A stretch of 60,645 bases of DNA, filler included, from Barthelona sp. PAP020 (GCA_040182905.1; 6 parts of 6 records of this genome joined end to end with filler, not necessarily neighbours in it); one strand, 5' to 3'; shown: positions 1 to 10,366, counted from the first letter of the whole stretch. The notes: generated by a model from the letters alone, not told the origin. Translations and numbers: made by a program.

Positions 1-1
1 T

Positions 2-64
2 GTTGGTGGAAGCAAGGGTGAAATTAGAATTATTGATTGCAACTTCATTGAGGAGTTAAAGTAG
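2..64 (+). CDS. 3' end of a probable WD40-repeat protein (partial, cut by window start)
   Basis: Manual translation VGGSKGEIRIIDCNFIEELK* resembles the last strands of a WD40 blade (xGGxxGxIRIxD). Stop TAG at 62-64, followed by AT-rich intergenic DNA. Confidence 0.45.
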   Translation, partial: VGGSKGEIRIIDCNFIEELK

Positions 65-261
65 AATATTAGTAGCGGATTTTTAAACAATAAATGGACT
101 TTAATTTGTTTATTTTTTTAAAAAAAAAAATCAAAAACTTTGGTTTCAAAGGTGTGAAAAATGAAAGGAAATTGGAACACCTGAAAAGAAGAAAGAAAAA
201 GAAACAGTTAAAAAATCTTTTTTTGATATTAAAGTTTACCTGATTATCATTTGATAATTTT

Positions 262-1830
262 ATGACGAAGATGCATAGAATTGAATCAAAAAAATACAAA
301 TCTTTGGAACCCACTCGGTTTTTTTCAAGAATTGGTCAATCTTCATGTATTGACACACAAAATTTAAACTATTTAACGAAGATGAAAGCTAGTCCAAAAT
401 TTAAACAAAATTTAAGCGAAAAGTATGTTTCTGAAGTACTTTTTCCAAGAAATCGCACTACTAACAACTTAATTGATAAAAAATTGACAAAAGAAAAGAA
501 AAAACTTGGTTTTGGTAATTCTGGTTGTTTTCTTGCTGTTAAACAATCCATTTTTGACAATAGTAATAACGCCCCACCTGTTGGTTATAATACTCCTTCT
601 TATGATTGTATTAAGCCATCATCCATAGCATCTACAATAAAGAATAATCGTAGAGATTTTGGTGTTCAAAAAGTTTTACCAGATTTGGTAGTTGAAGAGA
701 AAGCACAGGAAGAAGCAGGACCGTTGTCGTCTTCCTCACATAACTCACAAAATGAAAACGAAAATCATACCTTTACTGATGCTAAACTAAAAACTATTCC
801 ACCATTAATCGATACTGCACGTTCCACCAGAATTCCAAAAGCAAATAGGCCTGAGCTTTTTCATCAAGATGTTTATTGTGATCAATTTTACGATGTGTCC
901 AGTTCCAAATCAAAATGTAAGACGTTGATTAATTTACAAAAGACTGTAGGAAGACCTTCAACGATTGATTGCAATATTCCTGATTCGTATGATGTGAATT
1001 ATGACTCTGTTCTTAGCGTTTCAAGTCCTGGTCGTGATTTTAGGAAGTTTCCCAATCGACAAGAGCTTTTTGATGTTACTGCGCCTTTATCTGAAGGAGT
1101 TCCAAAACCTTCTCGAAGAATTCAAAGCTTAAATATAAAAACTGTGAATGACCGTCAATTATCAAATGTCAAATCTGTTGATAGACCTGTTTTAGATACT
1201 GAAAGAGGAAGAAGATATTTGACAAAGAAGATACATGGATATGATGACTTAGATCTCCTATCTAGTCGAGATTTAACTAAGACAAAGGATAGTTACTTTG
1301 AACCTACCGATTCAAACATAGACAAAGGTATCAGACCTTCTCAAATTGCCTATTCGTTTAATAAAACTGTGAATGTTGAGAAAAAGGAAATAGATGCTAA
1401 ATCGATTGATTATTCAGAACATTATGAACATAAAACTTTACTTCGTTCAAAATTGAGAGGTTTTGATAATATTCCCGTTGAAAATACAATGAAGTTAAGA
1501 AAAACTGAAGCTCCAGATATATATTATGACATCAAAAATCATTCCAAAATTACGGTTCCTTCTTTGTCAAAAACTTACATTCACAAAGAAAAAATCAATA
1601 CGACAGACAAAAGCTATAATTGGACCAAAGCTTTGGACAATTCAAAGCCTTCAACACCTTCATTTAGCTTCAAAAAAATTGCAACCAAAGACTCTCCTTT
1701 TAATGTCAAGAGCAGAACAGGACATCTCAATTATGACGCGAAATTTGATTATGTTCGGCCCAGCAAAAAAGCCGCAACATTGAAAGTGTCTGATAAAGAA
1801 AATGTTCAATTAGATTGGAGATTGACCTGA
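262..1830 (+). CDS. Basic, largely disordered protein with recurring P/D-x-x-Y-D motifs; possibly a SHIPPO-repeat-like ciliary microtubule-associated protein
   Basis: 522-aa ORF with PPVGYNTPSYDCIKP, DQFYDVS, PDSYDVNYDSV, PDIYYDIK and LNYDAKFDYVRPS. The CDS is well supported; the family call is weak. Confidence 0.5.
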   Translation: MTKMHRIESKKYKSLEPTRFFSRIGQSSCIDTQNLNYLTKMKASPKFKQNLSEKYVSEVLFPRNRTTNNLIDKKLTKEKKKLGFGNSGCFLAVKQSIFDNSNNAPPVGYNTPSYDCIKPSSIASTIKNNRRDFGVQKVLPDLVVEEKAQEEAGPLSSSSHNSQNENENHTFTDAKLKTIPPLIDTARSTRIPKANRPELFHQDVYCDQFYDVSSSKSKCKTLINLQKTVGRPSTIDCNIPDSYDVNYDSVLSVSSPGRDFRKFPNRQELFDVTAPLSEGVPKPSRRIQSLNIKTVNDRQLSNVKSVDRPVLDTERGRRYLTKKIHGYDDLDLLSSRDLTKTKDSYFEPTDSNIDKGIRPSQIAYSFNKTVNVEKKEIDAKSIDYSEHYEHKTLLRSKLRGFDNIPVENTMKLRKTEAPDIYYDIKNHSKITVPSLSKTYIHKEKINTTDKSYNWTKALDNSKPSTPSFSFKKIATKDSPFNVKSRTGHLNYDAKFDYVRPSKKAATLKVSDKENVQLDWRLT

Positions 1831-2295
1831 ATTTGAATCATATTTCATATTTCAGTTCATTCATTATTTTGAGACTTCCAGGATCAAGAATCCCAAAATC
1901 AAAACTCAAAACTGATAATTAAAAGGAAAAACAAATTCTTTTGTATTTATTTATTTATTTAATTGATTTTATCAAAGTTATGAAAGTTTTATTTCACTTT
2001 CACTTTTGTATTTATTTAACTTATAAAAATGGAAATTTTTTGTTCATTTCTTTTGGTTTCTTGGATGTTTATGTTTTATTCCAAATAAAAAAAGAAAGAA
2101 AATTCAAACAAGCAATAAAAGAAAGTTCGTTTTGCAATGAACAATATGACTTTCAAGGAAACTATTTTAACTGTCAATCATTTATCAACTTTCACAAAAA
2201 AAAGAACTTTAAAAATATAAAAAAAAATGATTCATTTCCAAAGATCTTTTTTTGATTGTTGTTGATTTTTTCTAAAAAGAATTGATAATTGTTGA

Positions 2296-3191
2296 ATGGA
2301 TACAATAGTTTTTGACATTATCAGACTTATTGGTTATGGAGTTTCGAGTATTCTTTGTACGCGATTTTTTTTTAAATGGGCTTCGATTTCAAATCCAAAA
2401 ATACGGTACAAAACATTATTAACATCTATATTAGTTACTTCCATCAGTATATTTATTTTATTTTTTATATTTTCTAACTTTTCATAGTACTATTTATTCG
2501 TGTTGTCATGGATATTGTGTTCAGTTCAAAAACAAATACTGATGATATAACCTTTGAAATAATTCTTTCTTTTAGATTTAGACACATGATATTTATTATT
2601 TTTATGATATCTTTTGGAGTTGCTTTGTATCAAATTTTAATGACCTTCACAAAGACTATCAGGATGTTTCATCAACTAGCATGGGTTTCCATTTATTTTA
2701 GAGTATTTTTTCCTGTTTTATTCACTTCTGGTTTGAGCTTTCTCATTGGTTCTATTGGGGTTTTTGTATCTTTTGATAAATTTGCTGATTTCTCTACCAT
2801 TTTAAAATTATGGTACACATATAATGTATCTATTGTTATTTTCTTTTTCAATCTGTTTCTTGCTTATTTATTATGTGTGATTGCAACATGGCCAACAAAA
2901 AATACTCCCAATACCAATAATGAAGTCAAAAGAACAATGAATATTCTTCGAAATTTGGGAATTGGCTTTATGTGTGCTTTGATTTTGATGAGTGGTGCTT
3001 CATTGTTCAGTGTTTTGAAAAGAGCCCCCACCAATCTTTTTGGTTTGACAACTTTTAGTAAAGGAATTGATGTTACTCTAGTTTTATATGAACTTTCTAC
3101 AATGTTTTCTTTGTTTTTACCAATGATTTCGGTTAATTTAATTTTGAATTTATGGGGTGATTACACAAATTATTTTAGAGTTCAATTGTGA
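2296..3191 (+). CDS. Multi-pass membrane protein (about 7 hydrophobic segments), two exons 2296-2446 and 2488-3191, 284 aa
   Basis: ORFs 2296..2487 and 2508..3191 join in frame (...TSI-I-LFIRVVMDIV...) when a 41-nt GT-AG intron is removed. Repeated hydrophobic stretches throughout. Confidence 0.8.
2447..2487 (+). other. 41-nt spliceosomal intron
   Basis: GTATAT 5' site, T-rich body, CTAAC branch point at 2474-2478, CATAG 3' end. Removing it deletes the in-frame TAG and restores the reading frame. Confidence 0.85.
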
Positions 3192-3479
3192 TAAATGTGT
3201 TAAAATTTTTTTATTTATTGTTAAAATTCGTTCAACAATGACAAAAGAATGTTTTGAAGTTTGAAAGATTTTTTTAATATGAAGTTGATTGATAGATTTT
3301 TCTTTAAAAACAGATGTTTTAAGAATATTTAAATTATTCAATTTATTAAATTAAAATTATTAAAGACAATAAAACAAAAAAAAATGTTTGTGTAAAATTA
3401 AAGAAGGAGTGTTGATTTGTTAGTGAACTCAGGTTTCTTTTGAAATACAGTAAACCCAAATTTTTTTATTTTCACTTTT

Positions 3480-4892
3480 ATGGTATTGACTATCGTTATA
3501 TTTGGAGCAAGTGGTGACCTTGCAAAAAGAAAATTATATCCAGCTTTATATTCTCTTTTCGAAAATAGATTATTGCCAACCCATATTCAATTTGTTGGAT
3601 TTGCCAGAAGCGAATATACTGATGATGAATTCAGAGCTAGATTGCAGCCTACATTAGCTTGTAGATCAATCCAATTATGTAGTGATGATTATTGTCCTGT
3701 TAGTGATGAATTTTTAAATCATGTTACTTATTTCCAAGGTAACTATGATGATCCTGAATCACTATGTGAATTTAACAATTATTTGTCAAAGTTGGAAGAA
3801 CGATTTGAGGAACCAAAGAACAGAATTTTATATTTGGCTGTTCCACCTTCGGTTATATCTCCGCTTAACGTTGCTTTGGACAAATGTCATGTTGAAAGAA
3901 AGGAAGGTTTCACCAATGTGATTATTGAGAAGCCTTTTGGTTATGACTTAAAATCATTCTTATTGATGAATAATGTTGTTTGTAATGTGTGGAAAGAAGA
4001 AATGATATATAGAATTGACCATTATTTGGGAAAAGATATTGTTCAGAACCTTTTGAATCTTCGATTTGGTAATGTTATTCTGGAGCCATTATGGAACAGA
4101 ATGTATGTTTCCAATATTCAAATCATTGTCAAAGAAAAATTAGGTTTGGAGGATCGAGCTGGTTATTTTGATCAGGCAGGAATCGTCAGAGATTTCATGC
4201 AAAATCACTTGTTGCAAGTGTTAGCCATGACATTAATGGATGAACCAATCAGCTTAGGTGCGAAGAATATCCATATGGAAAGGTTCCGGTTCCTCTCTGT
4301 AATTGAAAAAGTAAAAAGAGATGAGTATTTATGTGGACAATATTGTGCTTCAGATAGACATAAAGGATATTTAGAAGAAAAGGGGGTGGGAAAATCTAGC
4401 ACAACGCCAACTTTTGCTGTTTCAAAACTAAATGTGAACAACCAAAGATGGAAAGATGTTCCAATATTTTTCAAAGTTGGAAAGGGTTTGAATGAAAGAA
4501 AAGCAGCTATTTTTATTGAATTCACAAATCCTCATTCAATTTTTAACAACAAACCTGTTAAAAATGTCTTGGAAATTAATGTTCAACCTAATAAGGACAT
4601 TAAAATTCATTTATTCAGTAAAAAACCGGGTGTTACCAGGGAATTGGGCTTGAGTGAATTAAAAATGGATATCCCTCAAGATAAAATGGACGCTTATGAA
4701 AAATTATTGTTAGATGTCGTTAATAACGATGCCACAATGTTTATTGGTACTGATGAATTAATTGAAAGTTGGAAAATTTGGGATGATATTTTAAATCAAG
4801 AAATTCAACCCGTTAACTATGAGTTTGGTTCAAATGGACCAATAGAAGCAGATGAATTCATTAATAAATATGGTTTTGAGTGGTATATGTAG
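3480..4892 (+). CDS. G6PD: Glucose-6-phosphate 1-dehydrogenase (stand-alone)
   Basis: GASGDLAKRKLYP dinucleotide-binding motif, IEKPFG, RIDHYLGK catalytic signature, RDFMQNHLLQ. Confidence 0.98.
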   Translation: MVLTIVIFGASGDLAKRKLYPALYSLFENRLLPTHIQFVGFARSEYTDDEFRARLQPTLACRSIQLCSDDYCPVSDEFLNHVTYFQGNYDDPESLCEFNNYLSKLEERFEEPKNRILYLAVPPSVISPLNVALDKCHVERKEGFTNVIIEKPFGYDLKSFLLMNNVVCNVWKEEMIYRIDHYLGKDIVQNLLNLRFGNVILEPLWNRMYVSNIQIIVKEKLGLEDRAGYFDQAGIVRDFMQNHLLQVLAMTLMDEPISLGAKNIHMERFRFLSVIEKVKRDEYLCGQYCASDRHKGYLEEKGVGKSSTTPTFAVSKLNVNNQRWKDVPIFFKVGKGLNERKAAIFIEFTNPHSIFNNKPVKNVLEINVQPNKDIKIHLFSKKPGVTRELGLSELKMDIPQDKMDAYEKLLLDVVNNDATMFIGTDELIESWKIWDDILNQEIQPVNYEFGSNGPIEADEFINKYGFEWYM

Positions 4893-5195
4893 ATGTGGCA
4901 TGATGGAAATGCATTCTTGTAAAAATGGTCACTTTTTTTTTAAAGAAAAAAACAGAAATGTTATTTCATTCATTTCCATGATCAATCAATATCAGCATTT
5001 TTACAAACAAAGATTTTTGTTGGTTAAATAAAAAATGAATTTTTTAACATGACGAATAGAGATGGATTGAACAGAAATCCTAATCATTTGATTGATTGAT
5101 TGTCAATAAGAATGGAGATAGAACAAAATGGTCTGAAGACTTCAGTCAACCTTTATAAAAAAACTTCAAAATCCTTCTTTTTTGGTATTTTTCGA

Positions 5196-6305
5196 ATGAA
5201 TCTTCCTTACGATCGTGTTTACAACTTTTCTGCTGGTCCTGCTACTCTTCCTGTTCCTGTTTTGGAAAGAGCTAGAGATGAAATGTTAAATCATAACGGT
5301 AGTGGTTTATCTGTTATGGAAATGTCTCATAGATCAGCTGAATATGCAAAAATTCATGCCGATGCCAAGGCTGGTTTGAAGGAATTGATGAAGATTCCCG
5401 ATAATTACCACATATTGTTCCTTCAAGGAGGTGCTACTGGACAATTTGCTGCTATTCCTATGAACTTTTTAGGTGAAAATGGTACTGCTGACTATATTGT
5501 TACTGGTTCTTGGTCTCAAAAGGCTTTCGAAGAAGCTGGCAAATATGGTGAAGTTCGTCGCGTTTGTAACACAAAAGATAGAGGATATAACTGTCTTCCT
5601 GCTGAAGAAGAATATCAATACAACCCTGATGCTGCCTATATCCATTATTGTATGAACGAAACTATTTATGGTGTTGAATACTTTGATCTTCCTCCTAACA
5701 TGCCTGAAAATGTTCCTGTTATTGTTGATGTTTCTTCAAATATTCTTTCTCGTCCTATTGATGTTTCCAAATTTGCAATGATTTATGGTGGTGCTCAAAA
5801 GAACATTGGACCTGCTGGTGTTACCATTTGCATCATTCGTGATGATATGCTTGGAAAGGCCATGAAAATCACCCCTACTGTTTTGGATTACACTGTTCAA
5901 GCTGATAAGGATTCTTTATATAATACTGGACCCACTTACGGAATCTATATGGCTAAATTAGTTTTTGAATATTTGCTCTCCATTGGTGGTGTTGAAGCTG
6001 CTGCTGAAAGAAATGCTGAAAAGGCTGCTTTATTGTATAACATGTTTGCTGAATATCCTGGATTCTATATTGGTCATGTTAATGATGAATATTGCAGATC
6101 CAAGATGAACATTCCCTTCAGAGTTAACAACGATGCTAATTTGGAAAAGAAATTCCTTGCTGAAGCCAAAGAAAGGGGATTCATTACCTTAAAGGGACAC
6201 AAATCTGTTGGTGGTTTGAGAGCCTCTGTTTATAATGCCATGCCTTTGGAAGGTGTTCAAGCCCTTGTTGATTTCATGAAGGAATTTTATGAAAAGAACC
6301 ATTGA
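5196..6305 (+). CDS. serC: Phosphoserine aminotransferase
   Basis: YNFSAGPA, SVMEMSHRS, LQGGATGQF, GAQKNIGPAG (PLP lysine), GHKSVGGLRAS. Start moved to ATG 5196, where the homologous region begins. Confidence 0.97.
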   Translation: MNLPYDRVYNFSAGPATLPVPVLERARDEMLNHNGSGLSVMEMSHRSAEYAKIHADAKAGLKELMKIPDNYHILFLQGGATGQFAAIPMNFLGENGTADYIVTGSWSQKAFEEAGKYGEVRRVCNTKDRGYNCLPAEEEYQYNPDAAYIHYCMNETIYGVEYFDLPPNMPENVPVIVDVSSNILSRPIDVSKFAMIYGGAQKNIGPAGVTICIIRDDMLGKAMKITPTVLDYTVQADKDSLYNTGPTYGIYMAKLVFEYLLSIGGVEAAAERNAEKAALLYNMFAEYPGFYIGHVNDEYCRSKMNIPFRVNNDANLEKKFLAEAKERGFITLKGHKSVGGLRASVYNAMPLEGVQALVDFMKEFYEKNH

Positions 6306-6503
6306 AGAATCATATGATCTACAAGTGTAGTGTAAAGATATCATGTCTTTTTTGTTGAATAAAAAATAACCTCAAATTTATCAATAATTTGAAACCCAGA
6401 CAAAGTTCTCACTTCTGCTTCATTTGTGTTCACATTTCGAGGTGTAATATCAACATGTAAAGTTCATGAAAAAAACGACGAAATGAACCAATCATAGTTG
6501 ATA

Positions 6504-8030
6504 TCAATCATTTAATTCACTAGTGTTTACCAATTGATTTTCTTGTGGCTCCTTTTCAACCTTCTTTTGAACGACGTCAGGAACGCCATTGTGAGCCCTA
6601 ATTATAACTGGGGTTGTCAAATATATCTTTTCAGGCTGTTCTTCTATAACATAATTGTAACCTAACCTGTGAACTTGACCCTTCTCCCAGGTAAAATTAT
6701 TCTTCTTTATATCTAATGTGTCAATCATACTGTTATACGCTTCAATCTCTTTTAAAGCTTCCACAACAAGTTTTCCATTCAAATTTGTCAATAGTTCCAA
6801 TTCAGCAAAGTTCAAAAATTTATTTGGATAGAAATGAAGCAATGGAAATTCAACCAATTCTTTTTTAATTAGCTTATCTCTTGTTACAAACAATTTCTTC
6901 TTGATTTCACTTCTATTCATATCATCATCTTCATCTAACAACGATTTTTCGATCAAATCATCAATAGCCAAATCTTCCGCTTCAGTAATCAATGAGTCAA
7001 CATGCACGTCCTTCAATTCCAAACCATCTTTTTCAACATCTTGGAATAACCGCTTTAACTCATGGTAATATTTCAAATTGTACGCTAGAAATCGTTGTTT
7101 ATCCCGACTAGCAACTGTTTCCAAACCAGTTTCATCAACTTCAAAGCTGACATCATTTGCCGGGATATCAACAATGAAATTCAAGGTTTTTGGCTGTAAG
7201 TTATACCTAACAACTATTTCGTCATCAACAGTTTCTTTCACAAGTTGACGTTCAACAGTAGACATATAAGTCTCTTCTAATGTTGCAATATATTGCAATC
7301 TCCCCGACATCAAACTCTTAGACAGCGTATTTGCCCAAAGTTCCAATTCCCTTGCAGTTCCTTGCAATTGTTCAGAAAATAAATCACTACACACAACAGT
7401 ATCAGAATCAGGTTCTGTTGGCCAAACATGAACAATAATTGGTTCAATAGTTTGAAAAGAGGCAACAAAATTTCTTTCGTACCAAAAACCCCATGGTAGG
7501 ATGAATGATTTATACGTTGAATAAAAGTAAAGTGCTGAGATCAGACCTATGAAAGCAGAAAATGCGCTAACAGAAAAAACAAATAAATAAATTGTATATG
7601 CTGCACTATTTTCATCTGACACAGAAAAAGAATTCCACCAATCTGATTTTAAAATTAACGTAATCAGATTTGTTATGGTGAATGGCAACATGACAAAATG
7701 GAGCAAAAAAAAACCAGATCTATCCTTAAAAAATAACATGGGAACAATAGAGCCAATACAAAGTATCAATATAAGGGTAGATAAGACAATAGTTACCAAA
7801 ATTAAAGGGTCTCGTGGTAAAGACACCATAAATCGAGTAATTAATCCAACAACACCTGTTCCTGATACAAAACTAACAATTTGAAGAACATCTTTAAGCT
7901 GATCAAGCATCGATTTTTCTTTTGATTCATCATCGGAATCAGAATCAGAATCAGAATTGTCCAGGTTCTCTTCTGTCTCATCCTTTTCATTAGATTCTAC
8001 TTCGTCTTCATTTATTTCTTCGTCAGTCAT
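6504..8030 (-). CDS. Hypothetical membrane protein: acidic N-terminus, about 4 transmembrane segments, large soluble C-terminal region
   Basis: Long ORF. Likely start is MTDEEINE at 8030. Hydrophobic segments lie in the N-terminal third. No family recognised. Confidence 0.7.
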   Translation of the reverse strand: MTDEEINEDEVESNEKDETEENLDNSDSDSDSDDESKEKSMLDQLKDVLQIVSFVSGTGVVGLITRFMVSLPRDPLILVTIVLSTLILILCIGSIVPMLFFKDRSGFFLLHFVMLPFTITNLITLILKSDWWNSFSVSDENSAAYTIYLFVFSVSAFSAFIGLISALYFYSTYKSFILPWGFWYERNFVASFQTIEPIIVHVWPTEPDSDTVVCSDLFSEQLQGTARELELWANTLSKSLMSGRLQYIATLEETYMSTVERQLVKETVDDEIVVRYNLQPKTLNFIVDIPANDVSFEVDETGLETVASRDKQRFLAYNLKYYHELKRLFQDVEKDGLELKDVHVDSLITEAEDLAIDDLIEKSLLDEDDDMNRSEIKKKLFVTRDKLIKKELVEFPLLHFYPNKFLNFAELELLTNLNGKLVVEALKEIEAYNSMIDTLDIKKNNFTWEKGQVHRLGYNYVIEEQPEKIYLTTPVIIRAHNGVPDVVQKKVEKEPQENQLVNTSELND

Positions 8031-8460
8031 ATCACAGCCTTCAAAAAAAATAAAATACTTTTTTTTCATATATCTATTGGTTTTTCCATTGCCTCAAAAG
8101 GTTATATGATGATTCTATACTTCAGAATTTTATCCTTTGATTTATAATATCTATTGTCTTTATCAGTGATTCAATAATAATAAAATTTAAAATTTATCAC
8201 ATCAAAAAGTTTCGTGCTACACAAAGCTGCTGAATATTTCAATTGCTGAACTTTTGGTCCATTTCACCAGAAAATTGAGAATTTGGAAAGGGTTATCGTA
8301 AAGTTCAGCTTGTTTAAAATTAAAAGAAACGCCAATCATGGGAAAACAAATAATTTGAGACTGAATCTCAAGTGACAAATGGTACCAACGCGCGCTCATT
8401 AATCATTCTAGTCATTGTATTTCAATAATTTGAACACATGATCTTGAAGTTGCAAATTTC

Positions 8461-9086
8461 TCTGTTGTTAGCACATTCAATCAAGATGGGTACATTAAAG
8501 CTATTGAATTCCATCCAACTCAAAGAATAGTCGCTATCGGTGATGAATCAAAGAAAGGTAAACTGTGGAACACAGATGATGGATAACTTATTCATACATT
8601 TGACATGGAAGGTGAAGTATGGTGTCTTTATTTCTAAAACCTCAACATCCTATGTCTGGTGATGGGTTCATCACCTCATTTAATGTGGATGATTTTCAAG
8701 AAATTCAAAAGATTTATTGTGGTTGTAACAGACATGATTCTTCGTTTGCTATATCACCTGATAAGAGGCAGTTATCTTGTGGAAGATGTAAACACAATAC
8801 CATAAAATTATATTCTATTTATCCTGACTGTAGCCCTTCTCAGCAAAGCCAACGAATTGAATTGTCAAAAAATGGTTGGTTTGTTATGTCATATCTTGTT
8901 GCTATAAATATAGATTGTCGAATTATCAGACAATTTGTGACTCTAGGCGTTTGTGTGAATGAAGAAGAGTTCACTATGGTTGTTGATATGTTCTGGGATT
9001 TGATTGATTTCAACGAAGCTAATGGTAGAAATATTAGCTCATTTATGAATGAACAAAGGTATGAAAGTAATAAAGAGAATGATTGA
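8461..9086 (+). pseudogene. Degraded WD40-repeat gene
   Basis: Frame from 8461 reads SVVSTFNQDGYIKAIEFHPTQRIVAIGDESKKGKLWNTDDG*LIHTFDMEGEVWCLYF* (TAA at 8584 and 8635). It then shifts frame into SGDGFITSFNV...FAISPDKRQLSCG...TIKLYSI. Confidence 0.75.
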
Positions 9087-10266
9087 ATGAAAGAGAATAG
9101 CCCCAATATTTCAATTAATTCTTTGGAACAACACATCGTTGCTGGCAAGAAAACAACCATTTTTCAACTTCTGTAACTTATTTGATGCAAAGTTTCAGCT
9201 CTCAACTCTAATTTTGTGAGAAGAACTTTTTTTGGGTGGATAAAGAATTTCCATCACCATGAAAAAGTTTGAATTTTAAAATTTAAAGCAATTTTTAACC
9301 AAAAATTTATGAAAATTATTGAAGGGTTCATATTAAGGCGGACATATTTCACGCAAAGGATAATATAAATGTGTTAAGGTTTCTTCTTGCAATTTTTGAT
9401 ATCAATGGGTTTCAAAATTGAAAAGCTCAAGTAATAATAAACGTAATCGAAAGAATTCAAAGATTAAGGATACATGCAAATAAATTAGGTCAACAGGGAA
9501 TATCAAAGTCCCACAAAGAAAAAAAGTGGAGACATTTAAAGTGAATCAAGGGGCCAAAAAAAAGCATTACACTTTTCTTTAAATACCCCACCTCATCTAA
9601 ACCGGAAGCACTTCTTTTTTTTTTAAGAGTATTCTGAACCATCCACACAAAACGACTCAGTTGCAAGTACCCCCAAACTCTAACCGAGAACAATAAAGAT
9701 CTTTATAAACATTTATTATTATTGTCGTGTGAATTAATCATTTCAAACAACCAGGACTTAAATTCAAGGCATTCCCAACTATTCATTTCAAAATTGTGAA
9801 GCGCAGCGGGCATTTCATAAGAGAGCAACAACAAGAAAATGTTTGGATGCGTTTGTGTGAGTCAAGCAAAACCCACAATATGCTAGCCTGTTTCCCTACA
9901 CCAAATCAACCAGTATCAGAGATTAATCCTACAAAGTTTCAGCCTGCGACAAGAACTTTGCGGGAAAAGAGAAAAGAATGTTTTCCGGCGCAGGAAAAAC
10001 TTTCCCGCCATTTCTGAACAAGTTGGAATTTCAAAATTGGAAGATGTTATCAAATTAAACCAAAATTTAAACATGACAGATCAACAACAAAAGGTTGATT
10101 CTTTTTTTTTTATAAAGGGCATTCAGTTCACGAACTAAACTCAGATCAGGAATTGACAAACACTAACTAGCCAACCTTCTCATCCTATAATCCTTGTAAA
10201 AGCTTTTATAATCATTTTCTGTTTTGCATCATGAATCCTTGTAAAAGCTATTATTATTGTCGAATT

Positions 10267-10366
10267 NNNNNNNNNNNNNNNNNNNNNNNNNNNNNNNNNN
10301 NNNNNNNNNNTTAATTAATTAANNNNNNNNNNNNNNNNNNNNNNNNNNNNNNNNNNNNNNNNNNNN
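10267..10366. other. Artificial contig spacer
   Basis: 44 N + TTAATTAATTAA (stops in all six frames) + 44 N; identical at five positions. Confidence 0.99.

Noticed and set aside
3480..6305. G6PD and serC as a bacterial-like operon or contaminant
   Set aside because: No Shine-Dalgarno pattern was seen, they are separated by a 300-bp AT-rich gap, and the same contig carries an intron-containing gene.
6322..6331. CAAGTGTAGT resembling the U2 snRNA branch-point recognition region
   Set aside because: The flanks do not match U2 (no following ATCTGTTC, no recognisable stem I), and it lies directly in the serC 3' UTR.
7934..7957. (GAATCA)n hexamer repeat
   Set aside because: It is simply the Ser-Asp (SDSDSD) low-complexity coding run of the minus-strand gene.
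8584..8637. In-frame TAA codons suggesting a TAR=Gln code as in hexamitid diplomonads
   Set aside because: Conserved genes here end at TAA/TAG at the expected positions, very long ORFs contain no in-frame TAR, and this locus also has a frameshift. Pseudogene decay explains it.
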